64,000 nt of DNA from Octopus vulgaris (lineage: Eukaryota). Where the stretch lies: assembly GCA_951406725.2 (NCBI GenBank), contig OX597837.1, positions 27,528,001-27,592,000 on the forward strand. The letters are read 5' to 3'. The notes under the pieces are model-generated. The model searched no databases and was not told the origin of the DNA. It saw only the letters and a list, made by a program, of their open reading frames with translations. Made by a program: the position numbers and the translations under genes. Position 1 is the first letter of the stretch; the number at the start of each line of letters is the position of its first letter. Of the stretch, positions 41,792-55,681 are shown one piece after another.

Positions 41792-42272
41792 GTGACTAAA
41801 CCGGCAACCCCACCAAGCTTGCTTGGTGAGGAGGGTGTTTATTGGACACCCTGCGGGATGAAAAACAAAACCCGTCAAAGGGCGGAGGAACTCTTGAGAG
41901 TCAACGGTCATCCAATAAATGTCTTAAAGTTGTATTATGCACGGGGACATAGAAATAATCGGACTGAATACCCGATCGCGCGGTTAAACCATTGGGAGTG
42001 AAGGACTCCTAGCCTTTGTTCGGGCATCCTTCTAGGAGAAGGTAACTCAGGTAACTGGGATAACTCCGACATAAAACCTGCGGCTCAGTGGTTACCGATG
42101 ATGTTGACTTGATCTTCTTTTCGGATTATGGCTGCTGTTGCTTAGTGAGTGGGATTGACTCAGTGCACAGCCTTTCCTCACTTAAAAAAAAATCTTCTTG
42201 CACAGGCATTGCACGATAACATTGATTAAGCTTCGTGCAATGGCCATACTCGATAACGAGGGGGCAGACACC
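41792..42272 (+). mobile_element. ~480-bp non-coding repeat inserted in (TA)n; second copy at 56216-56760
   Basis: Colinear, highly similar copies sharing the 3' end CGATAACGAGGGGGCAG(A/C)CACC. Confidence 0.85.
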
Positions 42273-42273
42273 A

Positions 42274-42309
<36 letters not shown>

Positions 42310-42323
42310 TGTATGTATGTATG

Positions 42324-42377
<54 letters not shown>

Positions 42378-42454
42378 GCGCACTACGTTCAATGTTTTTC
42401 CGAGAAGAAAAGTACAGCCAGACAGACAGACGACTGCAGCTTCTATTCGAAAAT

Positions 42455-43625
42455 TCGGTTTCAACTTTTGGCACAAAGTTAGCAAGTTCAGCTGTGTGGG
42501 TAAGTCGATTAGATCGACCCCAGTGTACAACTGGTATTTATTTCATCGACCCTGAAAATAGGAAGGGCAAAGTTGACTCCGGTGGAACTTGAACACAGAA
42601 CGTCCAGTCTGACGAAATGCCGCTAAGCATTTCGCCCGGCGTCCTAACCAGTTCTGTCAGCTCGCCGCCTTTTTCTATTATATAATTCACTTCCCCTCTA
42701 AGCACAAAACCCGAAATTTTGGGAAAGGGGAGCAGTCGATTAGAAAAGAATGAAAGGAAAAGTCAACCTCGGTGGAATTGAGCTCAGAATATAAAGACTG
42801 ACGAAATATTGCTAAACATTTCGTCCCGTGTGCTAACGTTTCTTATTTCATTATTGTCCACAAGGGACTAAACATAGAGGGGACAAACAAGAACAGACAA
42901 AGGGATTAAGTCGATTATATCGACCCCATTGCGTAACTGGTACTTAATTTATCAACCCCGAACGGATGAAAGGCAAAGTCGACCTCGGCGGAATTTGAAC
43001 TCAGAGCGTAACCACAGCCAAAATACCTATTTCTTTACTACCCACAAGGGGCTAAACACAGAGAGGACAAACAAGGACAGGCAAACGGATTAAGTCGATT
43101 AGATGGACCCCAGAGCATAACTGGTACTTATTTAATCGACCCCGAAAGGACGAAAGGCAAAGTCGAGCTCGGCGGAATTTGAACTCAAAAGATGAAGACA
43201 GACAAAATACCTATTTCTTTACTATCCACAAGGGGCTAGACACAGAGGGGACAAACAAGGACAGACAAAGGGATTAAGTCGATTATATCGACCCCAGTGC
43301 ATAACTGGTACTTATTTAATCGACTCCGAAAGGACGAAAGGCAAAGTCGAGCTCGGCGGAATTTGAACTCAGAAGATGAAGACAGACAAAATACCTATTT
43401 CTTTACTATCCACAAGGGGCTAGACACAGAGGGGACAAACAAGGACAGACAAACGGATTAAGTCGATTATATCGACCCCAGTACGTAACTGGTACTTATT
43501 TAATCGACCCCGAAAGGATGAAAGGCAAAGTCGACCTCGGCGGAATTTGAACTCAGAACGTAACGGCAGACGAAATACCGCTAAGCATTTCACTCGGCGT
43601 GCTTAACGATTCTGCCACCTCGCCG
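42455..43625 (-). mobile_element. Cluster and tandem array of SINE family B (184-bp period)
   Basis: TATTTCTTTACTA.CCACAAGGGGCTA recurs at ~43028, 43212 and 43396, plus a diverged unit at ~42845. Confidence 0.92.
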
Positions 43626-44014
43626 CCGCCATCGATTGTATAATTCGAATATATAAAATGTTATTTTATTCGATTTATTTGCCATAAATTCGGACATAAC
43701 ATCGAGGTCGAACGATGAAAAAATGTGGAGCACAGACGCGACAGATCAAACAGCAAATAAATAAATAAATAAATAAAGTACTAAAAGAAAAATGTATTTG
43801 AAATGAAAAATGTTATGTAAATAAGTGAAATATATCTAAAGAGAAGTCTGAAATTGGAATCAAGAACTGAAACTGAACTGGGTGGAGGGAAACCGTGGTT
43901 TTCGATGGTAGAATTCCATTGGTGTCTGTAATGACAGTTTATATATAACACCGCCTCAAAATTTGAGAAGTATATATCTTTCTCTCAGGGGTCTCGGATC
44001 TAGAACTTCGCACT

Positions 44015-44058
<44 letters not shown>

Positions 44059-44424
44059 CGCGTGCACACACACACACACAAGATTTGTCAGGGTAAGCAA
44101 ACGAGAAAAGGATAAAAGTGAACGACTGCTTTGAAAAGCAAAAACAATAAAAATGTAGGTTTTAGGGACAAATGGAACATTATTTCACACAATTGTTGCA
44201 TCTGTACTGTTTATACACACACACATATACATACATACATATATACATACATTCACATGCGTATATATATATATGTACTTATATATATATATACATACAT
44301 ATATGTGTGTGCGTGTATATGTATGTATATATATATATATGTGTGTATATATACATATATATACATATATATATATACATACATATACATACACACATAT
44401 ATGTATATATATATATATATATAT

Positions 44425-44457
<33 letters not shown>

Positions 44458-44607
44458 TATATATATGTATACATATGTATATATATATATATATATATTA
44501 TACATACACACAGATATATATATGTATATATATATATGTATATATATGTGTATATGTATATATATAATATATATACATATATATACATACATATTCATAC
44601 ACACACA

Positions 44608-44666
<59 letters not shown>

Positions 44667-44873
44667 ATACATACACACAAACAGATATGTATATGTTTGT
44701 ATACCATTACATTAGAAGAGTATAGATTATTCTATCTTGGTTCCTGTGACTTGTCTGTTTGAGGAACAAAAGAATGATGTGAAGCAGAGCATTGAAGACT
44801 TTTAACAAGAATTTGGTAATAAAAACCCAGAATTACTGAAGTGTATAAAGAAACTCCCCGGCTCGCACACTCA

Positions 44874-45038
<165 letters not shown>

Positions 45039-45302
45039 GCCTGCCTGCCTACCTACCTGTCTGTCTGTATGTCTGGCTGTCTGTATATCTATCTATCTGT
45101 CTGTCTGCCTGCCTGCCTGCCTACCTACCTACCTACCTACCTATCTATTTGTCTGTCTGTCTGCATGTCTGTCTCTCTGTCTGTCTGGCTGTCTGTCTAT
45201 CTATCTATCTAACGGGAAGGTTTACGAAAATAAACAAAAGACGAAGGCAGGTGGAGTACAAACAAACAAATGTATTAGTATAGCGCTCAAGAATAGAAAA
45301 AG

Positions 45303-45340
45303 TCTTTTACATTTCGAGCCTACGCTCTTCGACAGAAAGA
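45303..45340 (-). ncRNA. Minimal hammerhead-like motif, variant core CUGUCGA
   Basis: Minus strand TCTTT-CTGTCGA-A-GAGC gtag GCTC-GAAA-TG-TA-AAAGA. Confidence 0.62.
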
Positions 45341-45426
45341 TACACAGAAAAGAAACAAGGAGAGAAACAAGGAGAGAAAAAATGCGTGTAGGAGCTAACG
45401 GTCCAGCATGGCGTTCTGACTGGCGT

Positions 45427-45524
<98 letters not shown>

Positions 45525-45577
45525 CGCCAGTTCGCCATCCTACGGGCCCTGCTAATATTCAACTATCAAAATTAAAA

Positions 45578-46525
45578 GGAGGTGAGCCGGCAAAATCGCT
45601 CCAGCGCTGGGCAAAATTCTTCGCAGCATTTCGTCCGTCGTTACGTTCTGAGTTCAGAGTTCAAATTTCGCCGAGGTTCACTTATCCTTTCATCATTTTG
45701 GGGTCGATAAAATAGTACCAGCTGAGGACTGGGGTCGTTGTAATCGACTTATCCCACCCACCGAATTTGATGGCCTTGCACCAAAATTTAGAATGAATAT
45801 TTAGTTATAAAAATTAAGGCAGTGAGCTGGCAGAATCGTTAGCATGCCGGGCAAAATGCTTAGCGATATTTCGTTCGTCGTTACGTTCTGAGTTCAAATT
45901 TCGCTGAGGTCGACTTTGCCATTCATCCTTTCGGAGCCGATAAAATAAGTACCCGTTACGCACTGGGGTTAATATAATTGATTTTCTCTGCACCCAAAGC
46001 TGCTACCTTGTGCTAAAATTTGAAACCAATACTATACTTGAAAAAAAATATTATGGAATTTTTGTAAACCTCGCGGTTCAGCAAAAGCAACCGATAGAAT
46101 AAGTGACCGACCAGGCTATCAGATCATGCTACACATCGCTGGTCACAATGCGCTTCGCATTGTTTTAGCCTTCAAAGGACGGCACCCCGCTGGCTAAGCG
46201 AGCAGGTCAACAGAAGAAAGAGTGAGAGAAAGTTGTGGCGAAAGATCGCCACTATCCGCTGCCGGAGCCTCGTGGAGTCTTTAGGTGTTTTCGCTCAATA
46301 AACACTCACAACGCCCTGTCTGGGAATCGAAACCGCTATACTACAACCGCGAGTTCGCTGCCCTAACCACTGGGCCATTGCGCCTCCACGATAGAATAAG
46401 TACTAGGGGTTAAAATACAAAAAGAAAAAAAAACGTCCTAGGGGCGATTTATCTGACTAAAACCCTTGCAAGGCGGTGCCCCAAAATGGCTGCTGTCAAA
46501 TCACTGAAGCAAGTAGAAAATAGAA
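45578..46525. mobile_element. SINE cluster: two family B copies (+), and a family A tail (+) interrupted by a family C variant (46105-46390, -)
   Basis: Matches to other copies; CGATAGAATAAGT is duplicated on both sides of the insertion. Confidence 0.82.
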
Positions 46526-47664
46526 GATTGAATGGCTGTGAGGGTCAACCTGAGCAGAACAGGAATCAAAGAGATTCATAGACGACAAATGGGAATCATT
46601 GAACTTAACACTTCTCCAACGTAACTCGTTAGACTTAATGGTTCGTGTGATACGATGGAAAATGGCAAACATCAAATGCAAATCTGTCAAAAAGACAGCA
46701 CTATATTAAGATAAGTGGTGGTGATTAAGGATGAGGGGAGGGCGAAGTGTGTAATTGGAGAAGCCAGCTGTGTGATAACGAAGGAATCGTATTGTAAAGT
46801 AGGCCCAGCCGTTTAGGGAATTGTGAAGAATAGAAAATTATTGTGATTTGAGTGACATTTTGTTGATGGGGTGTGGTCAACGAGTCGGCTCTTTTGGCAG
46901 ACATTTAAAAGTCTAGGGCTTTTTCTTTTTTTCAGATGTCAAGCCCTTAATTGTGTCACGTGACCAAACTTCCTAAAAAAAACAATAACAGCAACAACAG
47001 AACCTGCCCCCACCCCTACCGCCGCCTCCCAGCAACGAAAGCAGTAGCAACAACAGTAGAGACAATATAACCACAATCATCACCACCAGCACCACCACCA
47101 GCACCAGCACCAGCACCACCAGCACCAGCACCACCACCACCACCACCACCAGCACCACCACCAACAGCAACAACACTTGGGGTGAACCAATTTTTACAGC
47201 ATCTGAGTGGTAGCCTGATTTTCTAGAAAGAACAGCGAAAACCCATCCAAATTACACTACCGCTTTTTCCCTTTTTTTCTTATAAAGGATGCCTTACGCA
47301 GTCTACATACATACATACATACATACATACATACATACATACATACTGAGCATTCTAGATATGCAACTATATGCATAAGAATGCATACCCAAAGCAAAAC
47401 ATATAAATCTGCACATATACACACGTAAATACAAAAATATTATGTTGTTGATGTTGAAATTCCAATAAAGGAGTCTTGATCTAGGTTAGAAACCGGTTCT
47501 TTCTCTATTGGCACGAAATCTTGGAATGAAACTGAATCAAGACACACACACACACATATATATAAGGGTAAAATTTATTCATTAAATTAATTATTTAATC
47601 AATTAATTAATTGATAATTTCACCAAGTAGATCGGTACGTTAAAATAACCTTTATAGGTAAAAT

Positions 47665-48065
47665 TATACAAATATTTTATAATTATAAACGTAATTATAA
47701 TTAGGGTTCAGCTAATTGCTTCACCACATACTGAATTTAGAAATAGGAGTTAAAATTCCTTTTCTACTACTGTAAGAATCTCCATGACAGTAGAATACTT
47801 TTTTACGCAGGCAAAGAGAAAAACTACACTGAAGAGAGAAGTAAATTTTTAAACACTTTAATCTCGAAACGCGTATGTAGTTAATCCTGGTAGTGTTGAT
47901 TCATTGTTTTTCTCTTTGCCTTCGTAAAAAAGTATGTTACCATCATAGAGATTCTTATAGTAGTAGAAAAGGAATTTTAACTCCTATTTCTAAATTCGGT
48001 ATGTGGTGAAGCAATTAGCTGAACCCTAATTATAATTATGTTTATAATTATAAAATATTTGTATA
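47665..48065. repeat. Fold-back element with ~160-bp imperfect arms
   Basis: 47665-47824 is the reverse complement of 47906-48065. Confidence 0.93.
47822..47882 (+). ncRNA. Type I hammerhead ribozyme, fully canonical core
   Basis: AACTACA-CTGAAGA-GAGA(22-nt loop)TCTC-GAAA-CGCG-TA-TGTAGTT; 7-bp stem I, G10.1-C11.1 pair, palindromic ACGCGT; predicted cleavage after 47875. Confidence 0.9.
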
Positions 48066-48859
48066 TATCTATATATAGATATATCCGACATATTGTAATT
48101 TGAAAGTATTGACAAATTGATGCTTTTACGAAAATTTGACCACTTTGTTCCTATGGTGACATGGCTATAAATAATAATTCATAAACTAAGAGGTATATAT
48201 CTTTTTAGATGGAAAAAAGTGGATAAATTCAGCGCCAGGTATCAACCCACACCTCTGGCATAGACCGGCCGGCATTACTTTTAAATTTGTTTTATCCCTT
48301 GTATCATGAGTTGTCACGGCTAGCAGCTTTGAGGGAAGTGGGTAGGTCGATTACATCGACTCCACTACTTTGTTAGTACTTTATTTTATTGACCCTGGAG
48401 AGATATGAAAATCATAGTTAACTTCCGCGGGGTTTGGACTCAAACTGTAAAGTGTCGGAAAAAATGCCGCAAAGCCTTTTAACCTGCGCTCTAACGGTTC
48501 TACCAACTCGCCACCCCAACCTTTTTCTTTTACATTTCTAATCCTAATTGGATTGAATGAACTTTGTGAACAGCCATCCTCGATATTTTCACTTTCATCG
48601 ACAGATCGAGAAATTAATTTTTTGCAACTAAATACTTTCAAACTCCGGACATTGGTAGAATGTGTCAAATAAAACATCTTTTACTCATAGAGTTGTTGAG
48701 AAAAGTTTCTATTTCCGAAGTTATTTCGTGTTAAATTTGTCGTATTTCGGTAATTTCAACCAGTCAATGACGTGTATTCAGCTGGAATCAACATAATCGA
48801 CTTACTCCTCCCCCAATGTAGCTGGCCTTGTGCCAAAATTCGAAACCTATATATATATA

Positions 48860-49151
48860 TAGGCGCAGGAGTGGCTGTGTGGTAAGTAGGTTGTTTACCA
48901 ACCATATGCTTCCGGGTTCAGTCTCACTGCGTGGCACCTTGGGCAAGTGTCTTCTACTATAGCCTCGGGCCGACCAAAGCCTTGTGAGTGGATTTGGTAG
49001 ATGGAAACTGAAAGAAGCCCGTCGTATATATGTATATATATGCGTGTGTATGTTTGTGTGTCTGTGTTTGTCCCCCTAGCATTGCTTGACAACCGATGCT
49101 GGTGTGTTTATGTCCCCGTTACTTAGCAGTTCGGCAAAAGAGTCCGATAGA

Positions 49152-49152
<1 letters not shown>
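48860..49152 (+). mobile_element. SINE family A, 3' truncated
   Basis: Matches family A. Confidence 0.88.
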
Positions 49153-49234
<82 letters not shown>

Positions 49235-49371
49235 GGTATGTAGAAAAATACAACATGGACAAGAACGTATAACTCTTAGAAGACGATACAATAAACACGG
49301 ACAGGACATTCGAAACCCTCAGTCTTCAGTCAAGAACCGGATCATCGTAGTAATTTCGGCTGATTAATCTT

Positions 49372-49427
<56 letters not shown>

Positions 49428-49529
49428 TATATGTGTGTGTGTGTCTCTGTGTGTGTGTATATATATCACGTCACGTCACGTGACCGACCGGTCCATCAGA
49501 TGTAGTTACACATCGCTGGTCACAATGCG

Positions 49530-49580
<51 letters not shown>

Positions 49581-49589
49581 GTACATATA

Positions 49590-49647
<58 letters not shown>

Positions 49648-50722
49648 ACGGGAAGCTTTATGGAAATAAACAAAAGACGAAGGCAGGTGGAAAACAAACG
49701 AACAATTGTATTAGTATGGCGCTCAGGAAATATAAATAAAACAAGTCTTTAACGTTTCGAGCCTACGCTCTTCAACAGAAAGATACACAGAGAGAGAAAA
49801 ACACAGAAAGAAGGAGAGAAAAAAATGCGTGCAGTAGCTAACGAATCAACATGGCGATCTGATTTCGGCCAGAGGTCAAAGATCAAACATGAGACGCGAG
49901 AGCGAAATAAGGGGAGATAATAGGGTTGATAAATGGGTTGAGGGACCAGCTAAAAGTGCGTGGGAGGGGTCTGGATGTATGTATGTATAGGGTTGGTGTA
50001 TGTATTAGTATGTATAAGGGTGTGTGTGTGTGTGTGTGTGTGTGAGAGTATTAGTGCGTAAGATTGGTCTGGACGTGCGTATGTATGGGGTTGGTGTATG
50101 TATTAGTATGTATTAGTATGTATTAGTATGTATTAGTACGTATTGGTATGTATAGGTGTGTGTGTGTGTGTGTGAGAGAGTATAAGTGCGTATGCGGGGT
50201 CTGGACGTGTGTATGTATAGGGTTGGTGTAAGTATTAGTATGTACTAGTATGTATTAGTACGTATTAGTATGTATTAGTTGGTGTGTGTATTAGTATGGC
50301 ACATCATGTGATGTGATGTGTAAAGTCATGTGGTGTAGTGAGGAGAAGAAGGGGGGGGAGAGAAGGGGAGGGGAAGAAGAGGGGGAGGAGAAGGGGGAGA
50401 GGAGAGGATGGGGAGAAGGAAGGGGATGAGGGGGATGAAGGAGGAAAGAGGGAGAGGGGGAGAGAGAAGGGGAGTGAGGGAGCAGAGGGAAGGGAAGAGG
50501 GAGGGAGAAAGAGGGAAGAAGGGAAGGGGAGTAGGGGTGAAAGGATGAAGGACTGAAGAAGTAGGGGTCGGGGGGAGAAAGGATAGGTGAGGAGGGGGAG
50601 AGGGGGTTAGATGAGGAGGGGGGGAGAGTTGAGACCAAATGGCGTATAAGAGCGAAGAGAGAAGATTAGCGTGTTTGGAGCATAGAGAGGCGGCAAAGAG
50701 GAGAAGAAGGTGGAGAAAGCAG

Positions 50723-50730
<8 letters not shown>
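49648..50730 (-). mobile_element. Longest copy of the CUGUNGA-HHR element (putative non-autonomous Penelope-like element)
   Basis: 49648-49860 is homologous to 45211-45415, 35040-35220 and 1990-2133; internal (TGTATTAGTA)n and purine-rich segments; (TA)n on both flanks; distal boundary uncertain. Confidence 0.6.
49746..49783 (-). ncRNA. Minimal hammerhead-like motif, variant core CUGUUGA
   Basis: Minus strand TCTTT-CTGTTGA-A-GAGC gtag GCTC-GAAA-CG-TT-AAAGA. Confidence 0.65.
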
Positions 50731-50808
<78 letters not shown>

Positions 50809-50943
50809 TATATATAAGTATATATATCAAATGTGAGGATAAAATTCTTTTCGAAAAAAAATATTTTCTCGAAAAAAATTTTATCAATGGCCAGCATATT
50901 AAAAAATACCTTTAACGGTTATTTGCCCTCATTTATGTATAAG

Positions 50944-50992
<49 letters not shown>

Positions 50993-50993
50993 G

Positions 50994-51064
<71 letters not shown>

Positions 51065-51959
51065 TTGTACATATACATATACACACTCACACATATACGC
51101 AGTGGAAGAGAGGGAAAATGGCAGTAAGCGTATAATTAAAATTCAAACCTGTTTATTTGCATACTGGGAGCACATTTCTACGTCTCCAGCACCCAGAAAT
51201 ATGTCAACTTCGATAGAACAAGCGGTCGTATGACACTCTATCAGAATACGTGACTGTGTGCGTGTGTGTGATGTTTTATAATAGTGTAACCAGGCATTTT
51301 TTTTTTCATTTTTTTTTTGGTGGGGTGGGTTGGGGTGGTTTATAATCGGATTATCTGACACCGTTATATAATCTTTGTCACGTCATGCCGGACTCCTAAC
51401 TCTCACCAACAGTTTACAAGTGAGCGAGGTTAGCTTCCATTTAATTGCTCCACTTAAACACATAGCACGACTAGGAAAACCTGTGTGGTTAAGACTGTTC
51501 GGATTATCGTTCTTGGTTTCGGGTTCGATCCTAGTGCACGACCAACATATCAGGCAAATCTTCCTCCGACTTTTTTTTTCACCCTTTAAGAGTAGCTTAT
51601 TATTAGAAAAGAAGCGCAGATGAAGATCATAGAATTCCTTGGTGGAAATGATCTACCTGATAGTGAGACTTTGAAGTACTTTGATGTAAAAGATTTTAAG
51701 TATTTTCGACACTGAAGAATTGAAATGATAGTGATCGCCAACAAAAGCCTATTTTCGTAGACCTCAGAAGATTTTAAAACTCCAAATTGAGCTGGAAAAA
51801 TCACCAGCGCGTCAAACAAATACTAAGCAGCATTTTATTCGGCTTTTCACTTTCTGAGTTTAAATCTACCGGACGCCAACTTTGCCTTTCATCCATTCGG
51901 AATTGGTAAAGTACCAGTCAAAAATAGGGGTCAACGTAATCAACTTACCCCATCCCTTC

Positions 51960-52375
51960 TCGGCACCACCCGACAGCTCCAAACAGACACAATACTGCTT
52001 TGAGAAAAACATTCCGTCATAGACAAGGAATATATGACCCTCAAGAAGACCCGATCTCAAAAAGTTGGATTTTTCTGTTTGGTCCATTTTGGAGACGAGG
52101 ATCTCGAGCACTCCCCATTCTTCACTCGACGCTCTGAAGGCCAAACTGTGCCAGGAATGGGCTTCGGTTCCGCAAGAAGAGCTACGTCCCGTGGATGAAA
52201 CATTCGCACCGAGACTTAAGGTTGTGATTCAAAATAGAGGTGGTCATATCGAATAACCGTAGTAGTGGCATAACTGTTTCCTTTACCATTGCATTGCAAC
52301 AGTCGGAATCGAAATATACCATTTTGCTTTGGCAAAATTGGAAAAAGCTGGTTGCCATAAATTTGGGACACCCTG
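51960..52375 (+). mobile_element. Tc1/mariner (maT/DD37D-like) transposase 3' remnant with TIR
   Basis: PDLKKLDFSVWSILE...RLKVVIQNRGGHIE* matches the SPDLNPxD...GGHIE C-terminus; the end TTTGGGACACCCTG is the reverse complement of a CAGGGTGTCCC TIR. Confidence 0.85.
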
Positions 52376-52381
52376 AATATA

Positions 52382-52980
52382 TATGACGTTTCTTTCAGTT
52401 TCCGTCCACCAAATCCACTCCTAAGGCTTTGGTCTGACCGATGGTATAGCAGAAGACACTTTCCTAATGTGCCATGCAGTAGAATTGAACTTGGTACAAT
52501 ATGGCGGAAAAGTAAACTTCTTATCATACAGGCAGGCCAGCGTCTGGATAAAATACTTAGAGGCATTTCGTCTGTCTTTACGTTCTGAGTTCAAATTCCG
52601 CCGAGGTCGACTTTGCCTTTTATCCTTTCGGGGTCAGTAAAATAAGCACCAGTTGAGCACTGGGGTTAATGTAATCCGCTTAACCCCTCCCCGCAAATTT
52701 CAGACCCAGCTCCTATAGTAGAAAGGGTTCGGCGAGCTGGCAGAAACGTTAGCACGCCGGGCGAAATGCGCAGCCGTATTTCGTCTGACATTACGTTCTG
52801 AGTTCAAATTCCGCCGAGATCGTCTTTGCCTTTCATCCTTTCGGGGTCGATAAATTAAGTACCAGTTACGCACTGGGGTCGATGTAATCGACTTAATCCG
52901 TGTGTCTGTCCTTGTTTGTCCCCTCTGTGTATAGCCCCTTGTGGGTAATAAAGAAACAAATTATTATTATTATTATCATT
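52382..52980. mobile_element. SINE A fragment (-) followed by two SINE B copies (+)
   Basis: Matches to families A and B. Confidence 0.85.
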
Positions 52981-53799
52981 ATCACATTTTGTATCTATAT
53001 TCTATGTAACACTGCCGCCCCACAGTTTTTTTCCTATTTTCGGTGCTTCTTATCCAGTCCAGTCCAGTTCGGATTGACCGCATACATTTGTTGACTCTCA
53101 TGACGATTGCTCATACTAAAAGCACCAAACTGTCCTTAACTTAGATTACAATTAACCTTGTAAAGCATTCCATATTTCTCTGCTTAGTATCTCATTGACC
53201 TCATAATTCGAGCCGTATGCACCCCTTCTTTCTCTTCCCTCTTTCAATATTCTGTTGATTATAACAACAACAACAGCAACAACAACAAAAGCAATTACTA
53301 TCGTGGTAGTGGTTGCTGCAACCACTACCACTACCACTACCACGACGACAGTGATGGTCTCGACAGCGACGAAAACGACCGCCACTTTTACTACTACTAC
53401 TACTACTTAAAGAGCAAGTTGACTCAGGACAGCTGATGTATTATAAGCATTTCCGATAAGGTTCATATTCTTATACAATGGACATTTACAAAATTGTTGA
53501 TGTCCGGTTTGTGTGAATATCATACACAGCTGCTCGCTGCACAAACATGATAAGGCCATAAATATTCGTCGTTCTGATTAGGCATTGCTTATAATCTGAA
53601 GCACACTTAAACCTGTTTATATTCACGTGAAAGGAAGACTGGGAGAAGCCAGTGTCTGCAACGCTGTTTCGAATCCCCCTCTCTCGTTGGACGAAGTTAT
53701 TTTACTCCCCGGATATATTCAGGGCTTTATCGGGGAGATCATGGATATAGGCAAGAAAGTCACAACTCTCACGCTACTACAATGAGTAAATATCTCATC

Positions 53800-54027
53800 C
53801 TTTTACGTGTTTCAGTCATTTGACTGCGGCCATGCTAGAGCACCATCTTGAATGGTTTTTTAGTCGAGTAAATCGATCCCCGCATTTTTTTAAAGCCTAG
53901 TACTTATTTTATCATTCTTTTGACGAACTGCTAAGTTACGGGGACATAAATACTCCAATACTGGTTGTCAAGCGGTGATGGGGGAACAAACAGAAACACA
54001 AAGACACACATACATACATATATATAA

Positions 54028-54109
<82 letters not shown>

Positions 54110-54268
54110 CAGGCTTCTTTCAGTTTCTGACTAACGAATCCACTCACAAGGCTTTGGTCGGCCCGACGCTATAGCAGAATACACTTGCCCAAGGTGCCAC
54201 GCAGTAGGGCTCAACCTGGAATCATATTGTTGAGAAGCAAGCTTCTTACGACAGATGCGTCCGCACAT
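53800..54268 (-). mobile_element. SINE family A copy
   Basis: Matches family A. Confidence 0.88.
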
Positions 54269-54434
54269 ATATATATATATATAAAGAATATGAGGGAGTT
54301 AGTTTTCACTGGTAATCTAAACGGATAGGTACGTTGTGTAAGTGCTCTAATTGGTCATCTGTTAGGTTCCAAGTTCACAGCTGAGGCTGCAGTTAGGGAT
54401 CCGTAGCAGGCTTCCGAGTTAGCAGGTATATATT

Positions 54435-54652
54435 TGGTTTTTTTTTATTACCCACAAGGGGCTAAACATAGAGGGGACAAACAAGGACAGACACACGGAT
54501 TAAGTCGATTACATCGACCCCAGAGCGTAACTGGTACTTAATGTATCGACCCTAAAAGGATGAAAGGCAAAGAAGATCTCGTAACGTAACGGCAGACGAA
54601 ATACGGCTACGCATTTCGCCCGGCGTGCTAACGTTTCTGCCAGCTCGCCGCC
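54435..54652 (-). mobile_element. SINE family B with 16-bp TSD
   Basis: TTAGCAGGTATATATT at 54419-54434 and 54653-54668. Confidence 0.9.
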
Positions 54653-54663
54653 TTAGCAGGTAT

Positions 54664-55192
54664 ATATTAGAGGAAAAAGGACATCAAAAACCAAGGCAAG
54701 ACGAGTATCTCAAGTGATTTAGAATATTTGATTAGAGTAAGGTGAATTTGAGGTAATTGATTAATTAATTAGTTAATTAATTATTGGATGTCTTACAGTT
54801 GTTTCCGGGATATCTCAAGTGATAGGTTAGCATCTCCATACACTGGATATCCCATCTGTATTCTTCTATCTATTGTTTTACTCTTTATTCTTCAATCTAC
54901 TGTTTTAATCTTTATACTTCTCTCGACTATTTTATTCCTTTATAAACTATGAGTTCCCTATCTAGAACTTTCATACATACTCACCTTGTCTCTGACGAAG
55001 GAATACCCAGTGTATGGTAATGCTAACCTATCACTTGCGGTATCCCAGAAACGGCTGTAAGACATCCCAAAATTAATTAATCAATTAACTAATTAATTAA
55101 TTAGCTCATATTTACCTTACTCTAATTGAATATTCTACATGATTTGAGATACTTGTCTTGCCTTGGTTTTGTTGTCCTTTTTCTGCTAATAT
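54664..55192. repeat. Fold-back element with ~190-bp diverged arms
   Basis: 54664-54853 is the reverse complement of ~55001-55192. Confidence 0.88.
54987..55064 (+). ncRNA. Type I hammerhead ribozyme with extended stem II
   Basis: TGTCT-CTGACGA-A-GGAATACC(31 nt)GGTATCCC-A-GAAA-CGGCTG-TA-AGACA. Confidence 0.8.
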
Positions 55193-55614
55193 ATGCATAT
55201 ATATATATACGTATATGTAATAATATAAATAATATATAGATATATGCATATATACATACCTATATGTACATACCTACATATATATGTATATATACATGCA
55301 TATATGGGTACAGGACATCAGAGTACGTAGACACAATGAGAAAACGAAAACATAAAAACAAAATATAGAAATCGAACCTTTTTTCGAGTAATGAAAAAAA
55401 ATACTAAACAAACAGAGAAACGAGACATACAACATAAAGAACATTCCCCTTCATCAGTTGTCCCTGTTTCATCTACTCCACGTTTTCGAAGGGAAGGACA
55501 ATACGTGACTTTTTTGAAACAGTCCTTCCCGCAAGATTTTTTGCGGAGAGTGAAAGTGGTAACAAGAACAGGACAGTGAGAACAAGACAGTAAAAACAAA
55601 CGATAAGTTTTATC

Positions 55615-55681
<67 letters not shown>

